Assembly: GCA_000934665.2 (NCBI GenBank)
Contig: KZ538815.1
Span: 1-46,341 of the forward strand
Origin: Catajapyx aquilonaris
Taxonomy: Eukaryota
Length of the DNA stretch: 46,341 nucleotides
Reading direction: 5' to 3'
The notes below the pieces were generated by a model that was not told where the DNA came from, searched no databases, and saw nothing but the letters and a program-made list of their open reading frames with translations. The translations under genes were made by a program, and so were the position numbers. How positions within the stretch are numbered: the stretch's first letter is position 1; each line of letters opens with the position of its first letter. Below, piece after piece: positions 35,001 through 46,341 of the stretch.

Positions 35001-38000
35001 AGTGTGGTCAATAATGTCTTCCCACAAGACCTGGGGTCACGAATGGCCACTCTGGCCAACACAAGGAAAAACCAGTGCAAGGCACCTGAGTGCTGTGCCT
35101 TTCCTGACGAGGGTAGCCAGTGTAGCAGATGACCCAGAAGGGTGTCAGCAAAACTGGTTCCACCATCTCCGCCAGACTCCAAGCACAAGATCAGGATTCG
35201 TGCACATCGGTGAGCCATGGAACGGGTTGCAAACAGCAAACATCGTGGGACTAGGGTTCCCAGTCCAGACAAGACAGCTGAAAGGGCACCATCAGCCCGT
35301 TCTGGTGACTGGAAGCGAATGGCTAACACCCACAGTGCAATCTCCAGGGCTAAATCACAAGCCTCGCCTTCCGATTCACCACAGAGGGCTACCAGCCGTT
35401 GCAGAAACAAGTCGTCACTCAGCATAGCCAAACGTTCATTGCGTGAACCACCAGCTGTCACTTTTCTCACAGTCACTGTCACTTCTGCTAACCAGTCATG
35501 TCCATCATTGTTGTTAGAGCTACTCTCACGTTGAGAGAGAGCATTGGTTACATTTGGGGCAAGTATTACATTTTGGAAGTTTTGACCAGGATACGGAAAC
35601 AAATGACCAAACATGGATTCAAGTAGTTTCTCTGGCAGTTGCTCTTTCTTTGGAGGAGGGGGCCGAGGTGTTCCAAACCACGATGGCCGCCTCTTTGATG
35701 TGAGAGTTACCAAGTAGGTGCGTGATCGTGATGCTAAAAGGTCGTAGGAGGTCAAGGTGGCTAGGCCAGTTGTGCCTGAAAGATCCAGCAGGGGTGCAAG
35801 GTCCAGTGGACCACACAGTGTGTTGCCTGATGCAAGGAAGTCTATGGTGGAATCAACGTCAGTGTTGCTGGGCTCAGCTAGTGACACATGAATGTCGGAT
35901 GTAGCACCAGCACATCCTGGGTGCAATGTGAAGCGGACATCCACATGACCAACACAACATCGACGTGGCAATGTTATCTCAAATGTATGTTGGTCGCATG
36001 AGCCCCGATCTCTTTGAAGTCTGAAAGTCCTGCAAGTAGAGTTTAAAGCATTGTAGCATGATGCATGAAATAGCTGGAACAAATAATGCCAAAATACCAT
36101 AACTTGCTCCCTCAAATTGCATCAAATTCACTGACATTAAACACAATTCATTATATTGTGTCATATTCTTCTCATTATTCCACATCTACTGGACCCTGAG
36201 TTTAACCCTGACTTGTTCTCAACATGGGGTTACTCAACACAATGATTTGTGCAGTTATTAAGCATACAATGTTGATATGTTCTCAATTTCTGTTGGTCTC
36301 AGAATCTATGGCTAGGGGATGACTGTGAAATAAAATGAAAACTCGTACCTAGAAACACTGCTGGTTCCTCCACCTTTCCGTGACTGGGAAATTTCAACCC
36401 AGCAAGGTGGTGCGGTGCATGAAACTGCAGGTGCGAGTGTCTCAAACCGTGTGAGGCGGTGAAGTTGTCGTAATGTGGCCAGATCCAGGTCCCCAGCTAC
36501 ACCCACATCAGGCAAAGGCTGTCCTGCTGGTGCACCAAGGGGAAGAGAGAAGACATGCAGATGCCCACCAGGGCAGGATGCATACACTCGCTCCACTGAT
36601 GCACAGTAAGCGACATCAAGAAATGCCCCATGCTCATGGCATTGCTGCCAAGCTGCTGCCACTGTTAAGTCGGAAGTGTCAATCACGTAAAAGGCACCAG
36701 AGAGGTCCAGCACCACAAAGAGGCCACAGGGGCGGCCATCCTTCACACTAGATTCATCCCCATCATCTGATTCAAGGGGTAGCAGTAGGAGCTTGCAAGG
36801 GCGGCGATCAGATGGGCACTTCCGCTGTAACACTGGCTGGTATTCAAACTCAAGACCAGCACTACCACATCTAAGCTGGTAGACCAGGAATCCACCACCA
36901 TCTCCACCATCACCTGGTGAAACTGCCAGTAGTATGTGTCCACCATCTTCTGTTGGTTCCATAGCCACTATCTGCATCCCAGACCAAATCTCGGGCAGGG
37001 TCAGCGATTGGAATGCACGAATCCCAGGACTTGCGGAATTTCCAGGTGGAGGTGAGTCTGGAGGAGTATCCGATGGGGAAGAGGAATCTGGGGAAGCTCC
37101 AGGTGAGGGTGGAGACGTGTGGGGGCGGTCCATTTGGCAGCAGAGTAGGTAAGATCTGTTGACACTGCAGGACCAAAGTGCCAGAACCAATGTGGCCTTG
37201 GTACTACCATCGTCAGGCGTCCCTGCAGTTGCAAGGACAGCAACAGCTGTGGCCTCCACATCCTCTGGCAGTAGTGAGGCAGCCTTATCAGCCCGGAGAA
37301 CTTGGTTTAGGTGCACTTCCATACCAGGCTCCTTCTGAAAATATTTTTGGAGAACATTAGGATGACATTGTTCCTACGGTTAATCACATTTATACAACAT
37401 CAGGTAAGAGCTCTCTTCTCAATCATAAACTCAAAGTATATGCATTAACATTATTCCCTCTAGAAATAAAATGTCTGATGCAAACGATCATTTGAGATAT
37501 TTTTGTCTCGATTGTACTGCTTTTTCCCAAAGTGCAGGTAAATGTGCAGTGGTCCTCAATGGCTTAATTGGTCCCAATAACTTGCACCAAATGCCTTCCA
37601 AACGCATAATGTAACACACCTTGAGATGTCCTGCAACATTCCATACTGCCACTGTATGTGGCAAGAGAAGTGCTGGAGCCAAATCAGGGCAGGTGGTAGC
37701 CCCAAACCTGACTCGAGCAGGGCTGGCTCCAGGACGTCCGAGTGGGAGAGCAGGAGCAGCCCCAAGGGCTACAGACAGGGGCACATTCTGGGTGAATTCT
37801 CCTCTAACAAAGGGGCATGATGGAGAGTGTCTTTCATGTTCAGACCAAGGTTCATCTGTGGGCTCCCAGCACACCAAGCAAACATTGCAAGTGAAACACA
37901 TTGCACGGTCATCTCCAGTTGCATTTGGCTGGTGATAGAAACCTGCCTGGGCCATTTGATCTGGAAGGGCCCATCTGTACAGAGAATGAAGAAACAAGTC

Positions 38001-38819
38001 AATTCGAAGGTACATAATTCAATACTGTATGCCATGTTGTTTTGAATAATGGCTTAACTATATGCAATGATGTGGAAAAATTTGCCACTGACAAGTAGGA
38101 CAACTACTAAATTGAATTCTACTATCTGCCATGGCTGCTTCACTATTAGTGATGTTGGACTACACTAATATCACATCCAGAAGTCTCCTACCTATAATTC
38201 ATATGAGGCCATCTGGAAAATGTTGCTTTCCTGGCACATTCTGAGAACATGAGAGACCGATCAGGAACTCCAGGTGCCGCTGCACTGCTCCCTCCTTGCT
38301 CCTCTACCAGGAGAGAGTTCAGCCTCTCTGCTACAGCACTTGCAACTGCCAGAGCTGGCACATGCCTGTTTTGCCTCTTCAACTCTGACACTAGTGCTGT
38401 GGCCACACCCTTCAATGCTAAGTGACTTATTTTCAGTATAGCAGAGGCCCATTTCAAACCCTTTGCACCAGAACGTGATGGCAGTTGAGGTGCAGACTCA
38501 TCAATAGCACGTGACAATTCCTCTAACACTTCCGATACAAAGTCTGCTCCTGGAAGTGGGGTAGAGCGCAGAGCATTCAAAAGCAGCGTGGCATCTGCAC
38601 GAGGAAGTTCTACTTTCACTATATCTTCAGCTCGACGCATAGGAGCTTGCAAGGCGGAGTCCAATAGCAACACACCATTGTGGTCACGACGCAATCCTAA
38701 GGTACGGCCATCGGTCAGCAAGAGTGCTCCTGAGCCTCGAAGGTATGTGGCAGACAAGTTGGCTCCTGGGTTTACTGCAGGGTTGGCTCCAGCATTGGAA
38801 CCACAAGAATCTTGAACAT
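20059..38819 (-). CDS. BIRC6: Baculoviral IAP repeat-containing protein 6 (Bruce/Apollon), giant BIR + UBC E2/E3; 5'-partial, about 4,110 codons visible
   Basis: Phase-consistent GT-AG exons: 38819-38192, 37974-37620, 37334-36349, 36029-34938, 34837-34365, 34236-33941, 33500-32760, 32297-31737, 31536-31221, 30838-30647, 29519(or 29534)-29104, 28808-28617, 28455-28044, 27889-27242, 27098-26802, 26559-26235, 26015-25571, 25494-25098, 25020-24662, 24580-24164, 23811-23191, 23072-22372, 22063-21520, 21441-21202, 21048-20725 and 20418-20059. Hallmark peptides: [47 protein letters not shown], the BIR domain and the UBC domain. Confidence 0.96.
20900..21640 (-). other. BIRC6: UBC (E2) domain of BIRC6; catalytic Cys codon at 21276-21274
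   Basis: [23 protein letters not shown]...[22 protein letters not shown]...[10 protein letters not shown]. Confidence 0.95.
29613..30257. mobile_element. Near-perfect 645-bp palindromic element in a BIRC6 intron
   Basis: Arms of about 290-300 bp (TGTCTCACAACCAAAGTAACTTTTCTTACCC... / ...GGGTAAGAAAAGTTACTTCGGTTGTCAGACA) around a loop of about 55 bp. Mirror ORFs 29638-29832 minus and 29975-30232 plus are nearly identical. Confidence 0.9.
30981..31057 (-). ncRNA. Intronic box C/D snoRNA, paralog A
   Basis: Sense to BIRC6, in intron 31220-30839. Minus strand reads: stem TGTCCGA, box C GTGATGC, guide ATATCCAGTAAACTC, D' CTGA, C' CTGATGA, D CTGA, stem TTGGACA. Confidence 0.8.
32542..32630 (-). ncRNA. 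Intronic box C/D snoRNA, paralog B
   Basis: In intron 32759-32298. Minus strand reads: GTGGCCT..TCCGA stem, box C ATGATGC, guide ATATCCAGTAAACTC, D' CTGA, C' CTGACGA, D CTGA, then TCGGAGGTCAC stem. Confidence 0.8.
33711..33799 (-). ncRNA. Intronic box C/D snoRNA, paralog C
   Basis: In intron 33940-33501. Minus strand reads: TCTGACC stem, box C ATGATGC, guide ATATCCAGTAAACTC, D' CTGA, C' CTGACGA, D CTGA, then GGTCAGA stem. Confidence 0.8.
37805..38262 (-). other. BIRC6: BIR domain of BIRC6, split by an intron
   Basis: [40 protein letters not shown]...CFTC...[13 protein letters not shown] carries the C-x2-C...H...C zinc ligands. Confidence 0.95.
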
Positions 38820-39960
38820 CTGCAGAAAATCAAGTAAAAGTGGTTAGTCTCAGAAGGTCTCAGGAATTTACCAATATTACGACAAATCTTATTGAACACT
38901 TGGGGACAGAGGGCACCCTTTGGCTTTCTCCATAATTTTTCAATATACTGCTCTTTGAATCTCTATTTCAATGTGCCTGGCAGGGCCACAACAATGGACA
39001 GTACTGTTGCGGTAACAAAAAGCAATACAGCATCACCAAGACAAAGGGCTATTCCATGCTATAATCACCTCAAAATCTGTACCGATCCATGCGTACTGGT
39101 GACATTCGAAATTTGTAGCCTAAGATTGTAAACAACCGAATTTAGAAGAGGTTATTCATAACCTAGCAACTTACGATTCGACCTGAGAGATGACAATGAT
39201 CCCATCTGTATTCTGGTCAAGTTTGAGGAATTAATACCAGGGTCCCTGGTCACTTCCCCGACTTCAAACCCAGAAGCAAAACAACGAATCAAAGGGTCGG
39301 AAAGCCGCAGGTACTGTTTCCTAATTGATTCGGCGAATGTTCCGCATACTTGACTTCAGCTTTTTTCACTTCTTACATGATTGAAACTAGGGCTTCGGTG
39401 CAGTTTAGTGCCGCAAAAGTCCTGCAGGTTTATATGTAGTTTCTGAATCTACTCGATGAGCTGAGTTGAATGACGCCATTCCTAGAGTGCGGAGATGCTT
39501 GGTTCAAGAGTATTTGAATTTTGAAATTGCAAGTTATAACATGAATGAAATGAAAGTAAACAACTAAAACAAGTGCTCCTTTGTTGAGACTGTTCACTCC
39601 CATTGTTGCGTGAGGTAGAAACGTGATAGTTGCCATGGATAAGTGCTGTGAGATTTGCTGAATGAAGTAAATAAACGGTTGGTCTTGTTTCGTTGGACGT
39701 AGAACGAGAGTGTAGGATTTTAATTTATCATCATTCAGGAGCGTTCATGGCCGAGGCATTGCATTGGGGCGTATCTGGAATTGGGCAAGCCTTCCTGGAA
39801 GTAAGGAGGGGGTTGGTATCTCCTGGGCCACTGCTCGAGGCCTCTTGCCCGCCAACAAGTGTTGTCGTAAAATGAATCCTAAGCTTTTTTAATTACTCAA
39901 GGCATGCCCCACTCTGATTGTGTTGGTGTTATTTGTGAGGCGTTGGAGTGACTGCACCAG

Positions 39961-40063
39961 TACTGTCCATCTTGTGGCGCCGCAGGCCAACGAATGTTAT
40001 TGTGGCTTTGCCACACCCACATCATGCAACACCTACATCTACGCCGCCACAAGGTGGACAGTA
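39961..40063. mobile_element. Small hairpin MITE-like element
   Basis: TACTGTCCATCTTGTGGCG ... CGCCACAAGGTGGACAGTA inverted termini with one mismatch, TA at both ends. Confidence 0.6.
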
Positions 40064-41116
40064 ATGCTACGAACACACAACCTCCAAATTACGTTTAAAA
40101 TTACCATGGATATTCATTCACTCAACAATAGGAGTAAACTGTTTCAACAAAGGAACACTTATTTATTTTCATTTATTAATTGTTATTACTTGCAATTTCA
40201 AAATCCAATTACTCTTGCACCAAGCATTTCCACACACTAGGAATAGTGTCATTTGACTCAGCTCATCGAGTAGATTCAGAAAATATATAGAAACCTGCAA
40301 GACTTTTGTGGCGCTAAACTGCACCCTTACCGAAACTAGCATATCTGCATGCAACATTTGATATGACAAATCTGCATGTAACTGCAAGTGCAATTTATTA
40401 GGTTGCCTGATTTCCTAGTCCAAAGGTGCACATTAACAGAAATAACACATGCTAGCACTTGATTTTGAGAATGATTAGAAAGCCCAAGAGAAAAGTATAC
40501 TGCGCATGAAAATCTCAAGACAAGGACATTACAAAATTTTATATTGTACACGCATCTGGCTAACACGCATTGCTGCTGTCCATTACTAATTTGAATGCTA
40601 ATTATTCACTTTTAAGTCCCTTCTGTCTACACAAACCGAGTATGTGCCATTGCAAGTGCAAAGTGGGCATTCTGTAGACACTGACACAATAGCTTTTGTG
40701 TTCCATTATTATATGCTGATCTGTTTCACCTTTACGTAGTAGGACAAGTAGGCTATGCTCCTACTGCAGCATAACGACATACTGATAGATTTTCTGTGCC
40801 CTTTCTGCCACTTGCAGTATAGCTTTGGAATTTAGTCGAGTCCTTCGATAGCTCACCCAGCCCACTCAATAACTCAAGATCAAAATGTACTAGCCTGTTT
40901 GCCATAGTTCATGTTTTACGCTTTAAAATGAAAGAATAAATTGCAGCATATACTTGTGTGTTATTAAATATCTTCATAAAAAAGTGTCTCTCCTCTGTTA
41001 TCCTGTATCCACCAATTTATTGACATAGTTCTTGTTAAAGTTTCCATTGTGTTACTACTACTTTCTGCAATTTGAAACTCCTGAAGAAATGGAATCAGCC
41101 ATATTGCAAAATAATA

Positions 41117-41619
41117 GGGTCATTCCCACGTGCCACAAAATCTCGATCTTGAACCACGTTTCTGAGGTGCACAATCAGGATCTTTTGGTGACTGTTTCCA
41201 TGGGCCACGTACTTTTCGTGATTTTCGGTGGAGTGGTCTGTAACCACGCCCACCCGCCTGGCGAAAAAATGACTCTCGCTTCGGCTCCCGGACAAAGGCA
41301 CGGGTGACTCTACGATAGGCCTGGCTGTAATAGCATGGAGGCATGCTATCTATGTTATTACACAGGTCCTGGCTGCCCGCAGAGCGAGGGGGCAGACACG
41401 TGGGCAGACGGGGCCAAGCAGGGAGCCGCCATGTTTCCCGGTCCGGAGGGGGGAGTTTCGTCAGGATCGCGACTCGAAAGCTGGCAGCCAACTTCCTCAA
41501 GCTGGTTGCCACAGTCACCTTCGTAAACGCGTTCGGGTGGAGGAAGGGCATGTGGGAACACCCCAATCGCGATTTTCGGGGGTAAGGATCATGATCCCTA
41601 TGGCACGTGGGAATGACCC
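41117..41619. mobile_element. TIR element (MITE) with GC-rich interior
   Basis: Perfect 19-bp TIR GGGTCATTCCCACGTGCCA / TGGCACGTGGGAATGACCC, flanked by TA on both sides. Confidence 0.8.
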
Positions 41620-42972
41620 TAATGACAACATTGAATGAACTTCGCCAATCAAGTTTGGCTTCAATCAGTCACTCCATCAGTAATGTAATATAAATGTAGG
41701 TGAGTATAGATGTCATCATAACTTCTTTTGACATTCTTAACCCTATGTCTCCCGTGGCCCATTTTGGTTGTATTATAATAGAACCAAACAAAATATTGTT
41801 TTACAATTCACTGGTATAACCCCGACGGAAATTTCTTTCACCATATCCTTAGGAAATGTTCATAGTTTCTATGTTCATGAGTATTTACGCCACTCGGGTG
41901 ATATTTTTAATGGCACGACGTCATAGGCCAAAGTTCTCACTCATTGTAAATAAACCGAAACAAACACTTCCAGCATGAATTAAAATACACACACTCCCTG
42001 CCGCATATTATCCGGTATGTGGATGTGGAGCTGAAAACCATTTAAAAATTCACGAAATTCTGTGACTTACTTTTCACAGGGGAAAAAATCAGAATGATCT
42101 GTGAAGAGTAGGCAATCTAGGCGTAGCCTGCTTGACACCTGAGCCGCCTTTTTTTTTTTTTTTTTTTGCACGGGGGATCACATTGCTTCTTTTTAAACCA
42201 GACCTTTAACGGACTCTTAATGTCTTCCTAATTCATCAGAGAGACTGGGGAATCATAGAATTATCGTGGATTTTTGACTTGGATATGTCTATAAAATCGG
42301 ATCAGGGGGCATGCAGGCACACTCGAGCGTTACAGAGCTGGGAAAGTCGTGAACAAAACTGTACTAGAAGACTAACAAGTAAGTGAAACCAAGCTAACAG
42401 GCTAATGTGATGAGTAATCTAGTCACAGTCCATCTCACATCTTCCTTTTCATACCTCTTACACCATAAGCACCTATTAAGCGTGCTTCGTTGAATACACT
42501 AGGCTAGAGCACCTTTCCCATTACCTTAGCAGTATTAAAAATTTAATAGTTTATGGCTGCATTGTTAACTTGCTCATTTGGTGGCAATCCAAATCCTTCT
42601 CATGCAACCTCATCACATTCTATGAGTTGGTCATACACAATAGAATTCCTAGTTACCTAGTACATTTCACAGATTCCAACATTTACAGGAATGTGATGCT
42701 AATGTACCCTTACATATGAAACAATCTTCCAATTCAGTGCCTTGTTCCTGCTGTCTCAGGCCAAGTAAGCTTCAATTCATCTATGTGAAGGAATGTAACA
42801 CTAATGCTGTCACGTCTCTTCTAGCATAACGACGACATATGAAAGTGTGTTCAAGCAAAATTTAAAATGTCTAGGAATTTCATGAACGGATACTTTCAAT
42901 GATCGTTTTTAGTGGACGTTGCTCCTAATCACACTACACAAAAAAGTGAAATTCAGTTTATAAAATAACATA

Positions 42973-43003
42973 CTAGCAGGTGACCCGGCGCTGCCCTGGT
43001 GTG
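42973..43003 (-). mobile_element. Helitron-like 3' terminus (GC hairpin + CTAG)
   Basis: Minus strand CCAGGGCAGCGCCGGGTCACCTGCTAG|T matches the hairpin-spacer-CTAG end of non-autonomous Helitrons. The 5' TC end was not located. Confidence 0.55.
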
Positions 43004-44339
43004 TTTTGGTTGTAAAGGTAGGGGTATCCATATCCATATTAGGAAGTTCATTTGTAAAATTTGCAAAATAGGGTCATTAGCATGTTCTTGAGGGTCTCGG
43101 GAAAGCCAGGAAAATATAAACAAAAATATAGAAAGAAAACAGAAAAAATAGGTTAAAGAAAGAAAATGGGGGGATAATCAACTCGAATCTACATAAGCAT
43201 TGTAGGCGACCGGTGGAACATTTTGATAAAAAACTTTTCAGGAAAAAACCAGGACGGCAGGGAGGGTGGGGGGTCATATGCGTCGTCAGGTTGACGAAAG
43301 GTCTGAGGTGGCCAGTCATGCCTCGGGTAGCAGAGTGGACACATATAATAATTCCGATAGGATGTGTAAAATATGAATGTGGAGATTTGGCTCAAGAAAA
43401 GACTGAATGGCCACTTTTTTTTATTTTTTTATTTAGTTTTTCGAAATATTTCTCCTCCTCCACTGCTTCCCCTATGTTTGCCCTTAAGAAATGTGCCTAT
43501 GCCAGTTGGAAAATTTTCTATTTAACACGTGTAATGTTGCATGTCAGGTTTCATTTGTGTCTGTCAAGTCTACTTACAAATCTGATGAAATCTCATGCAG
43601 TTTTTTTCCTGGCGTGACTATACACTATGAACTCAAGTCAGGTGGCCATCATGCCTTGGGTAGCATAGTTGACGGATGCATTGAACTGAAGGTTGTGTAT
43701 GAAAAAGGACGTGGGAGCATTATGGAGTTCAATGAGCATTTGTTACTTTCACTATCCCCACTTCACTTTTTTTTTGTGCATGTTTTTTTTTTTTTTGGGG
43801 GGGGGGGGGNGGGGCAGAGATCATATTTTTTTGAAGAAAAAAAAATTAACCCTCTCATTTATTTATTTTACCAATATTATTACTCCCTGCCTACCAGTGT
43901 GCCTGAACTCTAAAACCTATGAGACCTACAACCAGCCAGTTGTATTGCCTTGATCCTTTGTAATGGGAGTAGGGCGTTCCCCTCCCAAAGCCAACGATGG
44001 GATTGGTCACATCCTATGCACTTTGCAACAGAACTTACACATTCTCACAGTCCTGCACTCTCACATTTTTCACCCTAACATGATTTTAGTATGGTACTAT
44101 GGGCACCAAAAGTATTGTCCGGAGGTGATGGGTATATAGCACCGACCATCGGCAGTGGGAGAAACTGACGTGCTGGTGACTATCCCTGCCGCTTAGAGGT
44201 GCATCAGGAGCCGAGGGTGGGAGGCGGAGGATATGGGGAGAGCATGCGGAGGAGGGAGACCAGATCAGAGGGGGGAGTCGTATGTGGCCCGATGGTTAAA
44301 TGGTAAAGAGAGACAGATTATTTGGGCTTTGTCGGCTAA

Positions 44340-44467
44340 AGGCCCATTCGCACAGGTCCTCGACGGTTTTGGTCTTTGGTCGCATTGACGCTACAGACCA
44401 ATCATGACTCATGCGGCGTCAACGCAACCAAAGACCAAAACCGTCGACAGCCTGTGTGAATGGGCCT
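44340..44467. mobile_element. PIF/Harbinger-type 128-bp MITE
   Basis: TIR AGGCCCATTCGCACAGG / CCTGTGTGAATGGGCCT, an almost fully palindromic body, and a TAA target-site duplication (44337-44339 and 44468-44470). Confidence 0.85.
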
Positions 44468-45395
44468 TAATGAGTGCAAGGTCACGGACATTTTTGACAC
44501 TCAAAATTTGTGTATCACTACCATTTCGCACAATCATCTGTGATACGCGTTGGCCGCGGTGTAAATGTGTCAGTTGTCAGGTCATTATTTTATCGATGCA
44601 GTATTCCATGCCACGACGATGCATCAACAACAACAATTCACACTGCAAAACAATCTGATCGGATGTAGGTGTTCATTTTTGACTCGACAATATTAACAAC
44701 GCATGCTCTGCCCCTCCCAGTCTCGGCTCCCGACGCTCCTCTATTAGCGGCAGGGATCATCACCAGCACGTCAAGGTTCTCCTGGCTGCCGCTGCCGCTG
44801 GGCAGTGCTATATACCCATCAACATCGGACAATACAGTTGGCGGCCATAGTGCCAGCATTCCAAATAATTTGACAAGGATCAAAATGATGGCAATCTACC
44901 TTGGTCATTGCGGCATTCCGGCCACCCCCGGGTTATACTGGTATGCCGCTTTAAGCAAGGTTTTAAGTGAGGTAATACAGTATGATGATGGCCAATAAGT
45001 CCATAAGTACCCCTACATATGTTTAGGCAAATTAAATATCAATTGCACCAATAGCTTCATTAGTATATCATATTCATGAACTTCTCCAACGGATGTAATA
45101 GGTTGAGCAATTTAGTTTCATACACTTTGAACTCTTTTGCCCCCATCAAACTCCCAACTTGAGCTGCAGTTTCACTAGGCCAAGTTGTGTCTACAACCAT
45201 TCACTTCTCTTGGTCAAATGTATTTACACAAGTGAAGTTTCATGCTATGAATGGTTCCCTCTGACATTTCCCCAAATCCTAAAACTATTATGCAATGTGA
45301 TCAAACATTACTCACTAAACAAAATAAATTTATTTCAAAATACCATATTGTAATCACTGATCAGAATGTGACTGAATTACAAATTCATCAATACT

Positions 45396-45758
45396 ATTTA
45401 TTTATTTATTTATTTATTTCACTACCCCTTGCTCAGTACATTACGTCCTGCTTCGGGGGGTGGCATACCACCATCAGTTTTTCTATATATATTTTCCACT
45501 TCATTCACCGGTGCAAGGAAACAAGGACAATGGGAAAGGATAGGGATTTTTGGGGAGGGAACATGGGTGCAAGGTGCAATGTCGTAGCTAATGGGTCATG
45601 TGCTGTTCCCCAGGAGGTTAGGTTGCCAGACACCTCCTTGGTGCAGGTCAGAGACCCTCCTGACGCAGGTGAAAGGAAAGTTCCCCTGGCGGGGATCGAA
45701 CCTGGGGCCTTTCACTTAGCAAGCCGAGACGTTACCATCACGGCCACCACACCTCCCC
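45396..45758 (-). mobile_element. tRNA-derived SINE
   Basis: Minus-strand head GGGGAGGTGTGGTGGCCGTGATGGTAACG...GGTTCGATCCCCG carries A and B boxes; the element ends in an (AAAT)n tail. Confidence 0.75.
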
Positions 45759-46341
45759 AATTCATCAATACTATATTTATATTAACTTTCCTATTTGCCC
45801 TACTTTCTTAGCTTTAGTGCAAGTACATGTGGATTGTATTGTTGAGATCCAATACCTCAATTTTTGCATGGTTATTGATAAAATCTGAGGCTATCACAGC
45901 CATCATTGCTAGTTCATAAATTTTAACAACACATCATTCCTCTTTTACAGGCAGAGACCTTGAGATCCCTGGTTTTTTTTGTTATATATATATATATATA
46001 TATTTTTTGCACAAGTGGTGCACACTGAAAGGCGAGAAAATAGCCTCAAGCCAACAACGAAACTGACATGAATTACAGTAAGGCTGAGTAAGACCAGTCA
46101 TGGCATGTATATTAAAAGTGCATCTCTCTCTGTTATTCATTGCTGCTTTATTATTCGCAACAATATACAGGGTGATCAAACCTTTTTGTCGTTTTAGTTA
46201 TTGACAAATTCAGCCTAAGCTGCTTATATTGTAGCCCGTTCCCTGGCAACCCCGTCCGGCGGGTCAATTCAAACATCAGCCCATGGAGAGCGCTTCCATT
46301 GTTGCCACTGTTTACAAATCGAGTGAGTGACGCGGACGACC

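Noticed and set aside
39175..39330. Possible BIRC6 upstream exon ending at a GTAAGT donor (39174) of compatible phase
   Set aside because: The translation shows no BIRC6 similarity; it cannot be supported without transcript data.
44638..44883. ORF with DVDGYIAL, superficially like the Bruce N-terminal DGYL motif
   Set aside because: It lies in one arm of an inverted repeat and has no YHPxLN motif following.

Overview
Eukaryotic genomic DNA, most likely an arthropod, from a draft assembly with one N-gap at 10094-10273. It carries three spliced protein-coding genes in tandem on the minus strand. BIRC6/Bruce has 26 coding exons reconstructed here with phase-consistent GT-AG junctions; its 5'-most coding exon was not found. 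BRAT1 has 3 coding exons and RAP1GDS1/SmgGDS/vimar has 3 coding exons. Introns and intergenic DNA hold tRNA-derived SINEs, several MITEs and long palindromes, a mariner relic, a Helitron 3' end and a 1.5-kb GGATTA-rich irregular tandem array. The main signal not explained by the ORF track is a family of three paralogous box C/D snoRNA-like units in three BIRC6 introns. They share an invariant 15-nt guide for which I could not recognise an rRNA or snRNA target. Other candidates are a degenerate Penelope-type minimal hammerhead ribozyme (2066-2113, minus) and a CpG-rich, hairpin-dense non-coding island (17545-17931). All calls were made by eye from the sequence; no searches were run.
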